From the NCBI GenBank assembly GCA_016788425.1, contig JAEURQ010000003.1, positions 29,282 through 93,281 on the forward strand: 64,000 nucleotides of DNA, read 5' to 3'. Position numbers and translations under genes: made by a program. The DNA is from Chthonomonas sp. Lineage in GTDB: Bacteria > Armatimonadota > Fimbriimonadia > Fimbriimonadales > Fimbriimonadaceae. Shown here piece by piece: positions 1 to 9,003 of the stretch. How positions within the stretch are numbered: the stretch's first letter is position 1; every line of letters begins with the position of its first letter. Under the pieces are notes generated by a model, which saw nothing but the letters and a program-made list of their open reading frames with translations, ran no database searches and was not told the DNA's origin.

Positions 1-14
1 TTGCCATCACCACG

Positions 15-935
15 ATGGCCCTGGTGTTGCTTTTCGACCCCAAAGGAAACTCGCTTACGGGCGCGCCTTCGTTTTGGCTGGGCATCAGCCAGCTGGTCCT
101 CATGGCGATTTCCGTCACGAGTCTGGTGCTCGTTTCGATTGCCGCCGGTAGCCCTGTTCGTGCGTTGCTGGCGGCGTTCATCTTCTCGGTCGTGCCTCTC
201 GCGGTGTACACAATTCCGGCCAAGCCGTTTGGCATCGGCTACATCACCTCGCCGACGGCCCTCTTCGGGGCGGTGTTCGGGCTGGTGTTTTACAACATCA
301 TTGCGCTGGCGACGAGCCTCGCGGTGATGATCCATATCAACTCCAAGCGCACGGAGGCCCTGACGGCCAACCAACCCGACGTGCTCGACCAAGAGATCGG
401 TCGCCTGCAAGAGAGCCTTAGCCCGCCTTCGCGGCGGATCTGCGTGATGGACGTGGACGCCTACCAAAGCTCACGGATGAAGCAAGAAAACGACCCCTTT
501 GAATCCGAATGGAGCTTCCGCGAGTACCAGGCGATGATCAGCCGGGTGGTGGCCCGATACCTCGGGGTGGTGCACTCCACCGCTGGCGACGGCGCGATTG
601 TCGGGTTCCCCACCAGCGCGGATGCGCTGCGCGCGAGCATCGCCTTACAAGCCGAAATCGCGGTGTTCAACGTGCGCGTCAACCGGCTGAATGTGCCGTT
701 CCGCATCCGCATTGGACTGCACACCGGGCAGGTTCAGGGCAGCCTCGACGAGATTCAGTTCACCGAGGTGATTGACGTGGCCGCGCACGTGCAGAAAGCC
801 GTGCCCGTAGGAACAATTGGCGTGACGAATCGCACCATGGAGCACCTCGACCAGCACATGTTTTCGGCGGCGGGCATGAAAGTTGACGGTTACGATGTTT
901 ACGTGGTGGATCACGTGAGAGGGCCGCGCCCCTGA
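15..935 (+). CDS. Membrane-anchored class III adenylate/guanylate cyclase domain protein (5' end may lie beyond window edge)
   Basis: The N-terminal ~105 aa form 3-4 hydrophobic helices. The C-terminal part has the cyclase homology domain pattern (CVMDVDAY, AGDGAIVGFP, FRIRIGLHTGQV, VIDVAAHV). The frame stays open back to nt 3. Confidence 0.75.
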   Translation: MALVLLFDPKGNSLTGAPSFWLGISQLVLMAISVTSLVLVSIAAGSPVRALLAAFIFSVVPLAVYTIPAKPFGIGYITSPTALFGAVFGLVFYNIIALATSLAVMIHINSKRTEALTANQPDVLDQEIGRLQESLSPPSRRICVMDVDAYQSSRMKQENDPFESEWSFREYQAMISRVVARYLGVVHSTAGDGAIVGFPTSADALRASIALQAEIAVFNVRVNRLNVPFRIRIGLHTGQVQGSLDEIQFTEVIDVAAHVQKAVPVGTIGVTNRTMEHLDQHMFSAAGMKVDGYDVYVVDHVRGPRP

Positions 936-1576
936 GAGTTCTCGACCTCGGGCGGCTCGGCTACCGCGAGGCATGGGATCGCCAGCTCGCCATCCACGAA
1001 GAGGTTGTCGAGGGCGCGGAGGACTGCCTGATCTTGGTTGAGCATCCGCCGGTGCTTACGCTTGGCGCTAACTTTCACGCTTCAAACCTATTGTTTTCGG
1101 AAGAGCAGTACGCCGCCCGCGGGATTGATGTAGTGACCACCGATCGTGGCGGCGACGTGACCTACCACGGCCCCGGTCAACTCGTCATCTATCCCATTTT
1201 TGACCTGCGCCGACACGGGCGCGACGTCCACAAATGGATGCGCGACCTGGAGGAGACCATGCTGTTGACGCTGGCTCATTGGGGAATCGAGGGGCGGCGG
1301 GTGCCGCCGCATTCCGGCGCGTGGGTCGGCGATCTCAAGGTCGCCGCCATCGGCGTCAAGATCAGGAAATGGGTAAGTTTGCACGGCTTAGCCTTAAACT
1401 GTGACGCCGATCTCGCGGCATTTGGACTGATCATTCCTTGCGGGATTCAAGGCTTCGGCGTGGCCTCGGTTTCGGGGTTAGTTGGCCGGGCCGTCACCAT
1501 TGAGGAAGCCAAGCCGGTGGTCGTCTCAGCGTTCCACCAAGTCTTCGAGCCGTCCGCCCGGCACGCCGACCGGTAG
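932..1576 (+). CDS. lipB: Octanoyltransferase LipB (lipoyl(octanoyl) transferase)
   Basis: Motifs RGGDVTYHGPGQLVIYPI, KVAAIGVKI and PCGI are present. The conserved N-terminus RVLDLGRLGYREAWDRQ is encoded upstream of the first ATG/GTG/TTG (TTG 1034). The only plausible start is CTG 932, which overlaps the cyclase stop (CTGA). The 3' end is firm; the start is inferred. Confidence 0.85.
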   Translation: MRVLDLGRLGYREAWDRQLAIHEEVVEGAEDCLILVEHPPVLTLGANFHASNLLFSEEQYAARGIDVVTTDRGGDVTYHGPGQLVIYPIFDLRRHGRDVHKWMRDLEETMLLTLAHWGIEGRRVPPHSGAWVGDLKVAAIGVKIRKWVSLHGLALNCDADLAAFGLIIPCGIQGFGVASVSGLVGRAVTIEEAKPVVVSAFHQVFEPSARHADR

Positions 1577-2272
1577 GGCTGGCGTCACGCCCGTGGTTAC
1601 CAGAAAGGTGGGGCAGCCTGCCGCTTCGCCCGCCGCGATATCGGTGTCCAAGCGATCTCCTACGCACAGCACGTCGTTGGGCGCAAGCCCCATGTCGGCG
1701 CACAGGGCCAGCACGCCCGCCGGATCCGGCTTGCCGTAGGCTCTCGCTGTGCAACCGGTGCAGGCTTCCAGAGCCGCGACGATCGCGCCCGCCCCCGGCG
1801 CGAGCCGCCCGCCTTCCAGCGGGAATGTCGTGTCGCGATTCGTGGCGATCAGCTCTGCGCCGCCGCGCACCGCCTGCAGAGCCCGATCCAGCCAGTCGTA
1901 GCTGAACTGGCGACAAATTCCGGCGACGACCACCTGAGCGTCGCCGGGTTCGCAGCTGACGATCCCCTGCCGGGCGAGCACCTCCACCAGCCCTGCTTCG
2001 CCGACCACGAAGACGCGCTCAACGCCTGCGGCGGCCAGTGCATCGGCCGTTACCGTGCCGCTCGTGGCGATCTCGGCGGGCGCAAATTCAAACCCCATGT
2101 GGGCCAGCTTCGCGGCCACGGATTCCGGTGTGGCCGAGGAGTTGTTTGTAAGGCACCGCATGGGCACGCCCCGATCGCGCAGAGTTTGCACCACGTGGGC
2201 CGCGCGGGGAATTGGCTCCGACCCGCGATACAGCGTGCCGTCGAGATCGAAAATGACGCCGCGCCAGCTCAT
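1526..2272 (-). CDS. HAD-superfamily (NagD-like, subfamily IIA) sugar phosphatase
   Basis: HAD motifs are present: VIFDLDGTLY (motif I), TNNS, GKP and VGDRLDTDI. I trimmed the long ORF to the ATG at 2272, which overlaps the upstream gene's stop (ATGA). Confidence 0.85.
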   Translation of the reverse strand: MSWRGVIFDLDGTLYRGSEPIPRAAHVVQTLRDRGVPMRCLTNNSSATPESVAAKLAHMGFEFAPAEIATSGTVTADALAAAGVERVFVVGEAGLVEVLARQGIVSCEPGDAQVVVAGICRQFSYDWLDRALQAVRGGAELIATNRDTTFPLEGGRLAPGAGAIVAALEACTGCTARAYGKPDPAGVLALCADMGLAPNDVLCVGDRLDTDIAAGEAAGCPTFLVTTGVTPALPVGVPGGRLEDLVER

Positions 2273-3252
2273 TTGTCGCGGTGAACGACGTAGTGCGCGA
2301 AGCCGGTGAGGAAGTCGAGCTCCGCCGAGGGCGGCAAATCGGCAATCGCGGCGCGAGCGTGGTTCACATGCTCCAGAGCGAGGGCCTCTACTTCGGCGAA
2401 ACAACCGCGCTGATCCATCCAGCTCACGATCATCCGCACCTCGTCGTCGTTCGCGCTCCCGCCAAACTTGCTCGCGGCAAACTCGGTCTCCTCGGCGGTC
2501 AGCTTCTCGCGAAGAATCAGCAGGGGCAAGGTCGCGCAACCTTCGTGGAAGTCGGTGGCGACGGGCTTGCCCGTCACCTCGGGCTTGCCGCGATAGTCGA
2601 GGAGATCATCCGCGATTTGGAACGCTAGTCCGATGTGATGCCCGTAGGTCGCCAACGCGGTTCGGGTCGGCAAGTCTGCGCCGGCCGACATCGCGCCGAG
2701 TTCGCAGCACAGCTGAACAAGCACAGCGGTCTTCAGCCGCAAAATCTCCATGTGATCATCGCGCGTCAGTTCAAAATCGCCGCGGACTTCCACCTCGCGA
2801 GCCTCGCCCTCAGCGAGATCAATGACGGCTTGACTGACCAGGCGAATGATGTCGAGGTCGCCATCTTCGGCGAGCAACGCCATGGAGCGAGCGAGCAGCA
2901 CGTCGCCGCTGAGGATGGCCGGCGTGTTGCCGAACACCCGCGCCGCCGTCGGACGACCGCGTCGCAGGTCGGCGTTGTCAATCACGTCGTCGTGGATGAG
3001 CGTGGCCATGTGAACCATCTCGAGCACCGCGCTGAGCAACACGGCCCGCTCAACCGAGATGGCGCCGGCGGCTCGCGCCGAGGTCAACACAAGCGCAGGC
3101 CGCAGTCGCTTTCCACCCGAGGTAAGCGTGTGGTGCAGCACCTGATGAACCACCGCCACCTTGGATTCCAGGCGGCTTAGAAGCTCGGCTTCCACCAGCG
3201 CGAGGTCGCCCTGCACGCGGTCCAAAAGCGCGGCGCTCGGTAGCGGTTTCAC
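2269..3252 (-). CDS. Long-chain polyprenyl diphosphate synthase (IspB/HepT-type)
   Basis: Both aspartate-rich motifs are present: LIHDDVIDNADLRRGRPT and QIADDLLD. GTG 3252 overlaps the ubiE stop (GTGA). The alternative start is ATG 3276. Confidence 0.9.
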   Translation of the reverse strand: MKPLPSAALLDRVQGDLALVEAELLSRLESKVAVVHQVLHHTLTSGGKRLRPALVLTSARAAGAISVERAVLLSAVLEMVHMATLIHDDVIDNADLRRGRPTAARVFGNTPAILSGDVLLARSMALLAEDGDLDIIRLVSQAVIDLAEGEAREVEVRGDFELTRDDHMEILRLKTAVLVQLCCELGAMSAGADLPTRTALATYGHHIGLAFQIADDLLDYRGKPEVTGKPVATDFHEGCATLPLLILREKLTAEETEFAASKFGGSANDDEVRMIVSWMDQRGCFAEVEALALEHVNHARAAIADLPPSAELDFLTGFAHYVVHRDK

Positions 3253-3968
3253 GCTTTGCGCCCCCAATGAATGCAAATGTTGCCCATAAACAAATCCTGC
3301 ATGCGCACGTCAACGAACCCGGCCCGCTCCATGCTCGCGCGCAGCCCCTCGCGATCCAAAAATCGTGCCGTTGATTCCGGTAGATACGTGTAGGCCTCGC
3401 GCTTGCGGAAGATCGCGCCGAGCACCGGCAGCACAATCTTGTTGACCACAAAACTGCCGACTCGGGCCAGCGGGTTGCGCGGGCGCGCCATGTCTACGCT
3501 GACGAACGTGCCACCGCTTTGCAGCACGCGAAACGCCTCGCGATGGGCGGCGTCAATGTCGGGCACGTTGCGGATGCCCCAACCGACCGTCACGCCTCGG
3601 AACAGATTGTCCGCCAGCGGCAGGTTGGTCGCATCACCCAAAACGAGCGTCGCCGCGGGGTCTTTGGGTTGCGATTGGGCGAGCATCGGCTCGCAAAAGT
3701 CGAGCGCAGTGATCGCCCCGCCAGGGCCGACCTTCTCGCGGAGAATCGGCAGAAAATCGCCCGTGCCGCAGCACATGTCGAGCACGGCATCGCCGGGGCG
3801 CAGGTCGAGTTTGGCCGCCGCGAGCCGACGCCATTTGTGGTGTTGGCGCAGCGACATAATGCCGTTCAGCATGTCGTAGCGCGGCGCAATATCCGCGAAC
3901 ATCTGCTGTACGCGGACTCGTTTGTCCTCGCCTTTTGCTTCCCAAATTGCCGGTTCCGAACCCGCCAT
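3249..3968 (-). CDS. ubiE: Demethylmenaquinone/ubiquinone C-methyltransferase (UbiE/MenG)
   Basis: Motifs FADIAPRYDMLNGIMSLRQHHKWRR and the SAM-binding LDMCCGTGD are present. The ORF was trimmed to the internal ATG at 3968; the upstream extension is R/P-rich junk. Confidence 0.85.
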   Translation of the reverse strand: MAGSEPAIWEAKGEDKRVRVQQMFADIAPRYDMLNGIMSLRQHHKWRRLAAAKLDLRPGDAVLDMCCGTGDFLPILREKVGPGGAITALDFCEPMLAQSQPKDPAATLVLGDATNLPLADNLFRGVTVGWGIRNVPDIDAAHREAFRVLQSGGTFVSVDMARPRNPLARVGSFVVNKIVLPVLGAIFRKREAYTYLPESTARFLDREGLRASMERAGFVDVRMQDLFMGNICIHWGRKA

Positions 3969-4069
3969 CAAGTGTATTTTACCGCACTTTCCAATGTTTT
4001 CAGAATAAAGTGAAAACTCGTCACCGCACGCAAAAAAGTTCCCGAGGCAATGCTCGGGAACCCTTGTTA

Positions 4070-5272
4070 TTAGTTGGTGAAGTCCAGCGCCCAGACTCGC
4101 ACGAGGCGATCCAGACCGGCGGCGCAGAGGCGCGAACCATCGGGGCTGAACGCAATCGCCGAGAGCGGTTGTTGGCTGGCGTTGATCTTGACGTGGTTTT
4201 GGCCTTGCAGCACGTTCCACAGTCCGACGCTACCATCGCGCGAGACGCTGCCCAGCAGCATGCCGTTGGGGTGAAACGCCATCGCTTCGACCGGCTTTTC
4301 GTGGCCGAAGAAGGTCTTGATGTGAATCATGTCCGACAGGCGGAAAATGCGGATTGAAAGGTCAACCGCAGCCACCGCCATGTAAGCCGAATCCGGGCTA
4401 AAGGCGATGCACGAGACCGTCGAGCGGATCGCGGCGAAGGTGTGCAGTTCTTGCCCACTAATGCCCGACCACAGCTTCACGGTCGCGTCGGCGGAACCGG
4501 TCGCCACAAAGCGATTGTCCGGCGACCACGCGACGGCGGTCACCGACTGCGTGTGCGAAGTCCCGGCAAAAACGGCGTCGCCGCTCTTGGTGCGACACAC
4601 CTGCAAGGTGTGATACACGGAACCCATGGCCACGCTGGTGCCGTCACCCGAAACGCCCACGCAGCTCACCCACTCCAGCGGGTTGTTGCGCCAGCTTTCG
4701 ATGCGCTCGCCATCGAGCGTCCACACGGAAACCACGCTTTCGCTGCTTCCAGCGGCCACCACGCGGTCCTTATCGAGGGCTTGCACGGTGCTGACCACGC
4801 CACCTTCGAGCTTGACCTTGCGCATCACTTCGAACGACTTCGGATCCCACCAAATGACTTCGTTATCGAAGCTGCTGGTGACCATGCGGCTACTGTCCGG
4901 AGCAAAGCTGACGGCGTAAATCGGGGTGCGGTGACCCTTAAGGCGCTCCAGCAGGCGAATGTTAAGGCGGTTCGCCTCTTCGTATTGACGCTTGTCTTCG
5001 CTCGCTTCCTTGGTCGCGGCCGGCGGATTGAGCACTTGGTCGTACTCTTGGCGGCGGACCGGATCGATGAGAGTTTGGTAAGCCGAGTTGATTTCGGCCA
5101 TGCGCTCGTGGGCCTTCGGATCATCGCTGATGTCCGGGTGGCACTCGCGAGCGAGCTTGCGGTAAGCCGTCTTGAGAGTGGACGGCTTGGCGTTCTTTTC
5201 AACGCCCAGAATTTCGTAAAGGGTAGGCACGATTGTTATCCAATTATGTAAGGCGGGGACCTCAAATTTCAA
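4070..5272 (-). CDS. J-domain (DnaJ N-terminal) protein fused to a WD40 beta-propeller
   Basis: J-domain: YEILGVEKNA...AYRKLARECHPD...AYQTLIDPVRRQEYD. The rest is about 7 WD-like repeats (..SFAPDS.., ..VAWSPDN..GSADATVKLW, ..IAFSPDS.., VRVW). GTG 5230 (MPTLYEILGV) is a likely alternative start. Confidence 0.85.
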   Translation of the reverse strand: MKFEVPALHNWITIVPTLYEILGVEKNAKPSTLKTAYRKLARECHPDISDDPKAHERMAEINSAYQTLIDPVRRQEYDQVLNPPAATKEASEDKRQYEEANRLNIRLLERLKGHRTPIYAVSFAPDSSRMVTSSFDNEVIWWDPKSFEVMRKVKLEGGVVSTVQALDKDRVVAAGSSESVVSVWTLDGERIESWRNNPLEWVSCVGVSGDGTSVAMGSVYHTLQVCRTKSGDAVFAGTSHTQSVTAVAWSPDNRFVATGSADATVKLWSGISGQELHTFAAIRSTVSCIAFSPDSAYMAVAAVDLSIRIFRLSDMIHIKTFFGHEKPVEAMAFHPNGMLLGSVSRDGSVGLWNVLQGQNHVKINASQQPLSAIAFSPDGSRLCAAGLDRLVRVWALDFTN

Positions 5273-5320
5273 CGTTTTGAAGGAGAACGTAGTTCCTTCT
5301 TACACAAATACCAGGGCCCT

Positions 5321-6121
5321 TTATCGCCTTAGCAGTCCCGAGTCCCGAAGAAAATTAAGCACCACCTGTCTCCTCGTCATATATTTCTCTTCGAGTCGCC
5401 GCCCGCTCCTCGCGGACCAGGTGACGCTTGGGTCTTGCTTTTCAGACGCAAAAAACGCCGCCATTCGTTCATCGTAATCGCCGATTCCCGCCTCCGCGTC
5501 GTACCGGTCGCGGAACCAGATGCGGTCTTGCGACAGGCGCGGCTTCACCGCCGCCGGTTTGGCCGGGTCCGGATAGCCAATGCACAGCCCAAACACGCCG
5601 AACAGCCCGCTCGGCATACCCAACAGCTGCGCGATGGCGACGGGGTTGTTGCGGAGCGCGCCGATGTAGCACACGCCCAAGCCCAGACACTCCGCCGCCA
5701 CAACCATGCGCTCGGCGGCGAGCGCGGCATCCACCACGCCCATCAAAAAATAGTCGGCATAGTCCAGCGAGTCGGCGGAAATCTCCAACTCAGCCAGCTT
5801 GTGCCGCAGCCGATGATGATCCACGAAGAACCCGAAGAACCAGGGCGCCAGAGCGACCTGTCGCTGATTGCTGCAGTGCTCGTTGACCTGCGCGCGGAGA
5901 TCGGGGTCTTCAATGCTAACCACCGAATACAGTTGCAAATTGCTGCTGGTGCTCGCGCTTTGCGCCGCGGCCACCAGACCCGCGATGAGCTCCTCGGAGA
6001 CCGGTCGCCCGAGGTCAAAGTCGCGCACCGAGCGGTGCTGCAAAAAGTCGGCGAGCCCGTCAATCGCCGGCGCTTCCGCCGACCCATAACGGGCTCGCCA
6101 CAGTTCTGAAAACTCGGACAA
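5321..6121 (-). CDS. NfsA-like oxygen-insensitive NAD(P)H nitroreductase
   Basis: HRSVRDF...AAQSASTSSNLQLYSVVSIED fits the nitroreductase family pattern, and the length is typical at 266 aa. Confidence 0.8.
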   Translation of the reverse strand: MSEFSELWRARYGSAEAPAIDGLADFLQHRSVRDFDLGRPVSEELIAGLVAAAQSASTSSNLQLYSVVSIEDPDLRAQVNEHCSNQRQVALAPWFFGFFVDHHRLRHKLAELEISADSLDYADYFLMGVVDAALAAERMVVAAECLGLGVCYIGALRNNPVAIAQLLGMPSGLFGVFGLCIGYPDPAKPAAVKPRLSQDRIWFRDRYDAEAGIGDYDERMAAFFASEKQDPSVTWSARSGRRLEEKYMTRRQVVLNFLRDSGLLRR

Positions 6122-6123
6122 CG

Positions 6124-6627
6124 TTACTTTTTGACGACGATTTTCATCGTCTTGATGGTGTCGCCACGCTGGACCTTCATGATGACATCCATGCCCTTGG
6201 TGACCTTGCCGAGCACGGCGTAGTTGCCGTTGAGGAACTCGCTATCCTTGGTCACGACAAAGAGTTGGCAGTCGCCGCCGACTTTGCTGCCCGTCGAGGC
6301 AATGCCGACGACGCCCTTCTTGAAACCAACCTTGCTGGCTTCGAACGGCATTTGCTTGCCCGATCCGCCTCCGCCAACGTCCAGGCTCTTGCGGCTACCG
6401 GGATCGCCCCACTGCACGACCCAATCTTCCACCCGGTGGAAACGGATGCCGTCGTAGAACTTCTTCTTAACCAGTTCGCCGACGTGAGCCGCCGTCTTCG
6501 GCGAGCCCTTGGTGTCCACTTCGATGGTGAACGACTTGCCATTGGTAAACGTGACAACGTATTGAGTGGCGGCCATAGCGGCAGCGCCAACGAGGGTGAG
6601 ACATGAAGCGATGAGGGCACGATTCAT
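6124..6627 (-). CDS. Secreted cyclophilin-type peptidyl-prolyl cis-trans isomerase
   Basis: N-terminal signal peptide (LIASCLTLVGAAAMA). Cyclophilin core pattern FHRVEDWVVQWGDP...LNGNYAVLGKV. Confidence 0.85.
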   Translation of the reverse strand: MNRALIASCLTLVGAAAMAATQYVVTFTNGKSFTIEVDTKGSPKTAAHVGELVKKKFYDGIRFHRVEDWVVQWGDPGSRKSLDVGGGGSGKQMPFEASKVGFKKGVVGIASTGSKVGGDCQLFVVTKDSEFLNGNYAVLGKVTKGMDVIMKVQRGDTIKTMKIVVKK

Positions 6628-6646
6628 GCCCTCATCTTACCGCTTG

Positions 6647-7987
6647 TTACTTCAGCGGCTTGGTTAAGGTGGCGTCGGTCGAGAAGTCCTTGCGCCACTT
6701 CATGCGGCGGACGATCTCGCTTTCAAATTCGCTCAGGTCCATGACGTCGGTCAGGGCTTCGCGCTCACTGATGTCGGTCAGAACGCCTTCCAGCGATCGG
6801 ATGTTGCCCGTGTTGACCTTGCGATCCATGAGCGTGGCCATGCCGACTTCCGAGCGCACAATATCGCTCACGCGGACGGTTTCGGCGCGACCCTTGACCG
6901 TGACCTTGACGCGGTCGTCGCCGGGGTAGAAACGTTGATACGCCGTGCGCAGCTGCTGCACGCGATAAGAATCGCTGACGCGACCGGCGCGAACGAAAAT
7001 GGCGGTCAAGCGCTTGTCGTCAATAATCTGCATCGCCGCGGCCGATCCGTTTACGATCTCGCCGCTCTTGATGTTCACGGCATTGAGCATGGTGTCGCTG
7101 ACATCAATGCCTTTGCTCTTGAAATCTCGATCAAACGTAAACGGGTCGCTGCCCTTACAATCGGCGAGCAGTTCGCCAAGCGAGCCCGCGCCCTCGCTGA
7201 GGCACGCAAACTGGATAAACCCAGCCGAAACGTAGCCGGTGTCGTACGTGTTGATGCTGTCGAAGCCGCCTTCCAGCGGGCTAATTGCGTTCATCACGCG
7301 CTGCACGCTCATGTTCAGGCGCGCTTGGCGATACAGCCGATTGACTTCCTCGTTCGGAATCTCGGTGATGCTCGTGCCTCCCGAGGAGACGCCGCCGGCG
7401 AAACGATAGTACGAGTAGGTCGAGCGGACGGAGACGTTGTCTTCAAACGCGACATTCACCTTGTCGTCAAATGTGATGGTGTGAAGCTTCGGCTCCACCG
7501 CCGAAGCGAACATCGGCACGCTCTCCATTTGCAAAAGCAAATCGCCAGGGATGTCGCCAGGATGCGGGACATTGTCAATCTGGGCGGGGAGGTTTTTGCC
7601 GTTCTTTTCGCGGCAGACCAAAGCGGCTTGGTAGCGGTCGTAGTCAATCTTGGCCTTCACCCACTGTTCCCAGGTTTGTTGGGCGGGGGTTTTGACACCG
7701 GCATCTTGGGTCGGCGAGACCTTGCCGCTAAAGCCCTTGATCTTGGCGTACTTGTGCAGCCACTGCGAACCTTCGGGGGTCAGGCGGACTTGCCAGCGTC
7801 CCATGCGCTGCGCCTTGGGGCTATTGGTCACTTCGTAACGAGCCTGGGTGCGCCAGTACTCCTGCACCGAGGCAGCTTCGGACCGGCTGTAGCTCGCGCT
7901 CGCGAGCGACGTAGCCAGAAGGATCAGACAAGAATTCCAAAGACGAGTCGCCATAGTGGGAGGATCGGCAGAGTGGTCCGCCGCCAT
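6647..7987 (-). CDS. Secreted hypothetical protein, possibly with a lysozyme-like fold in the C-terminal half
   Basis: A signal peptide starts at the internal Met (MATRLWNSCLILLATSLASA; alternative start 7954). The motif SPLEGGFDSINTYDTGYVSAGFIQF resembles the Glu-x8-Asp..G..S.G..Q core of lysozyme/chitosanase-type folds, but only weakly. Confidence 0.6.
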   Translation of the reverse strand: MAADHSADPPTMATRLWNSCLILLATSLASASYSRSEAASVQEYWRTQARYEVTNSPKAQRMGRWQVRLTPEGSQWLHKYAKIKGFSGKVSPTQDAGVKTPAQQTWEQWVKAKIDYDRYQAALVCREKNGKNLPAQIDNVPHPGDIPGDLLLQMESVPMFASAVEPKLHTITFDDKVNVAFEDNVSVRSTYSYYRFAGGVSSGGTSITEIPNEEVNRLYRQARLNMSVQRVMNAISPLEGGFDSINTYDTGYVSAGFIQFACLSEGAGSLGELLADCKGSDPFTFDRDFKSKGIDVSDTMLNAVNIKSGEIVNGSAAAMQIIDDKRLTAIFVRAGRVSDSYRVQQLRTAYQRFYPGDDRVKVTVKGRAETVRVSDIVRSEVGMATLMDRKVNTGNIRSLEGVLTDISEREALTDVMDLSEFESEIVRRMKWRKDFSTDATLTKPLK

Positions 7988-8022
7988 TAGGCCTATTCCA
8001 AGGAATCTATCATAATCTCCTT

Positions 8023-9003
8023 GTGAATTTCACTGATGTCACCATTATTGGTGGCGGTCCGGTCGGACTTTTTGCTGCTTTTTACGCTGGACTGCGCGGT
8101 ATGAGCGTGCGCATTGTGGATAGCTTGCCCGAGTTGGGCGGCCAGCTCACCGCGCTGTATCCCGAAAAGTATGTGTTCGACATGCCCGGATTCCCGAAGG
8201 TGCTCGCCAAGGACCTCGCCCGGGACATGATCGCGCAAGGCATCCAGTTCAACCCGGAAATCTGCCTCGAAGAAACCGCCGAACACCTGGAATCCGTGCC
8301 GGGCGGCTACGTGATTCGCACCGCCAAGGGCACCGAGCTCCCGACCCGGACGATCATCATTGCTGCGGGCGCTGGCGCGTTCTCGCCGACCAAAATCGGG
8401 GCGGCGGGCGAGGAAGATTTCGTCGGACACGGCCTCAGCTACGGCGTGCGCGACAAGAGCGTGTTCGCCGGGAAGGAAGTCGCCATTATCGGCGGCGGCG
8501 ACAGCGCATTTGACTGGTGCTGGGAGCTGCGCGACATCGCCAAGTCGGTCAGTCTCATTCACCGTCGCGACCAGTTTCGCGCCCACGAGGAAACCGTTGC
8601 CAAGGTCCAGGCGAGCGGGGTCAACTTCATTTTGTGGACTCAGGTCAAGGAGGTTTGCGGCAACGGCGTCGTGCAAAAACTCGTCCTGGAGAACTCGCAA
8701 ACCAAGGAGCAAAGCGAACTCGCCGCCGACGCGGTGATCGTGAATATCGGGTTCAAGTCGAGCCTTGGCCCAATCAAGGATTGGGGGCTCACCATCGAGA
8801 AAAACCAGATCATCGTGGACCACCTTTACGAAACCAATCTGCCGGGCATTTTCGCGGTCGGCGACGTCTGCAACTTCGAGGGCAAACTCAAGCTCATTGC
8901 GACCGGCGTAGGCGAGGCGGCAACCGCCGTTTGCATCGCCAAGACGCGACTAGACCCGGAAGCAAAACTGTTTCCGGGCCATAGTTCCGATCGCGATCTT
9001 TAG
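8023..9003 (+). CDS. Ferredoxin-NADP+ reductase, thioredoxin-reductase-like (YumC type)
   Basis: N-terminal FAD site TIIGGGPVGLFAA, then GGQLTALYPEKYVFDMPGFPKV, a second GGGDSA dinucleotide site, and a C-terminal GDV...KLIATG. Confidence 0.9.
   Translation: MNFTDVTIIGGGPVGLFAAFYAGLRGMSVRIVDSLPELGGQLTALYPEKYVFDMPGFPKVLAKDLARDMIAQGIQFNPEICLEETAEHLESVPGGYVIRTAKGTELPTRTIIIAAGAGAFSPTKIGAAGEEDFVGHGLSYGVRDKSVFAGKEVAIIGGGDSAFDWCWELRDIAKSVSLIHRRDQFRAHEETVAKVQASGVNFILWTQVKEVCGNGVVQKLVLENSQTKEQSELAADAVIVNIGFKSSLGPIKDWGLTIEKNQIIVDHLYETNLPGIFAVGDVCNFEGKLKLIATGVGEAATAVCIAKTRLDPEAKLFPGHSSDRDL

Noticed and set aside
2273-2539. N-terminal extensions of several track ORFs (ORF termini at 2539, 4220, 40401, 41594, 44188, 46949, 50335 and 50667)
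   Set aside because: The extensions are Arg/Pro/Gly-rich, overlap the neighbouring genes, and precede internal starts. Those internal starts give canonical family N-termini and often form ATGA or GTGA overlaps. I trimmed these ORFs accordingly.
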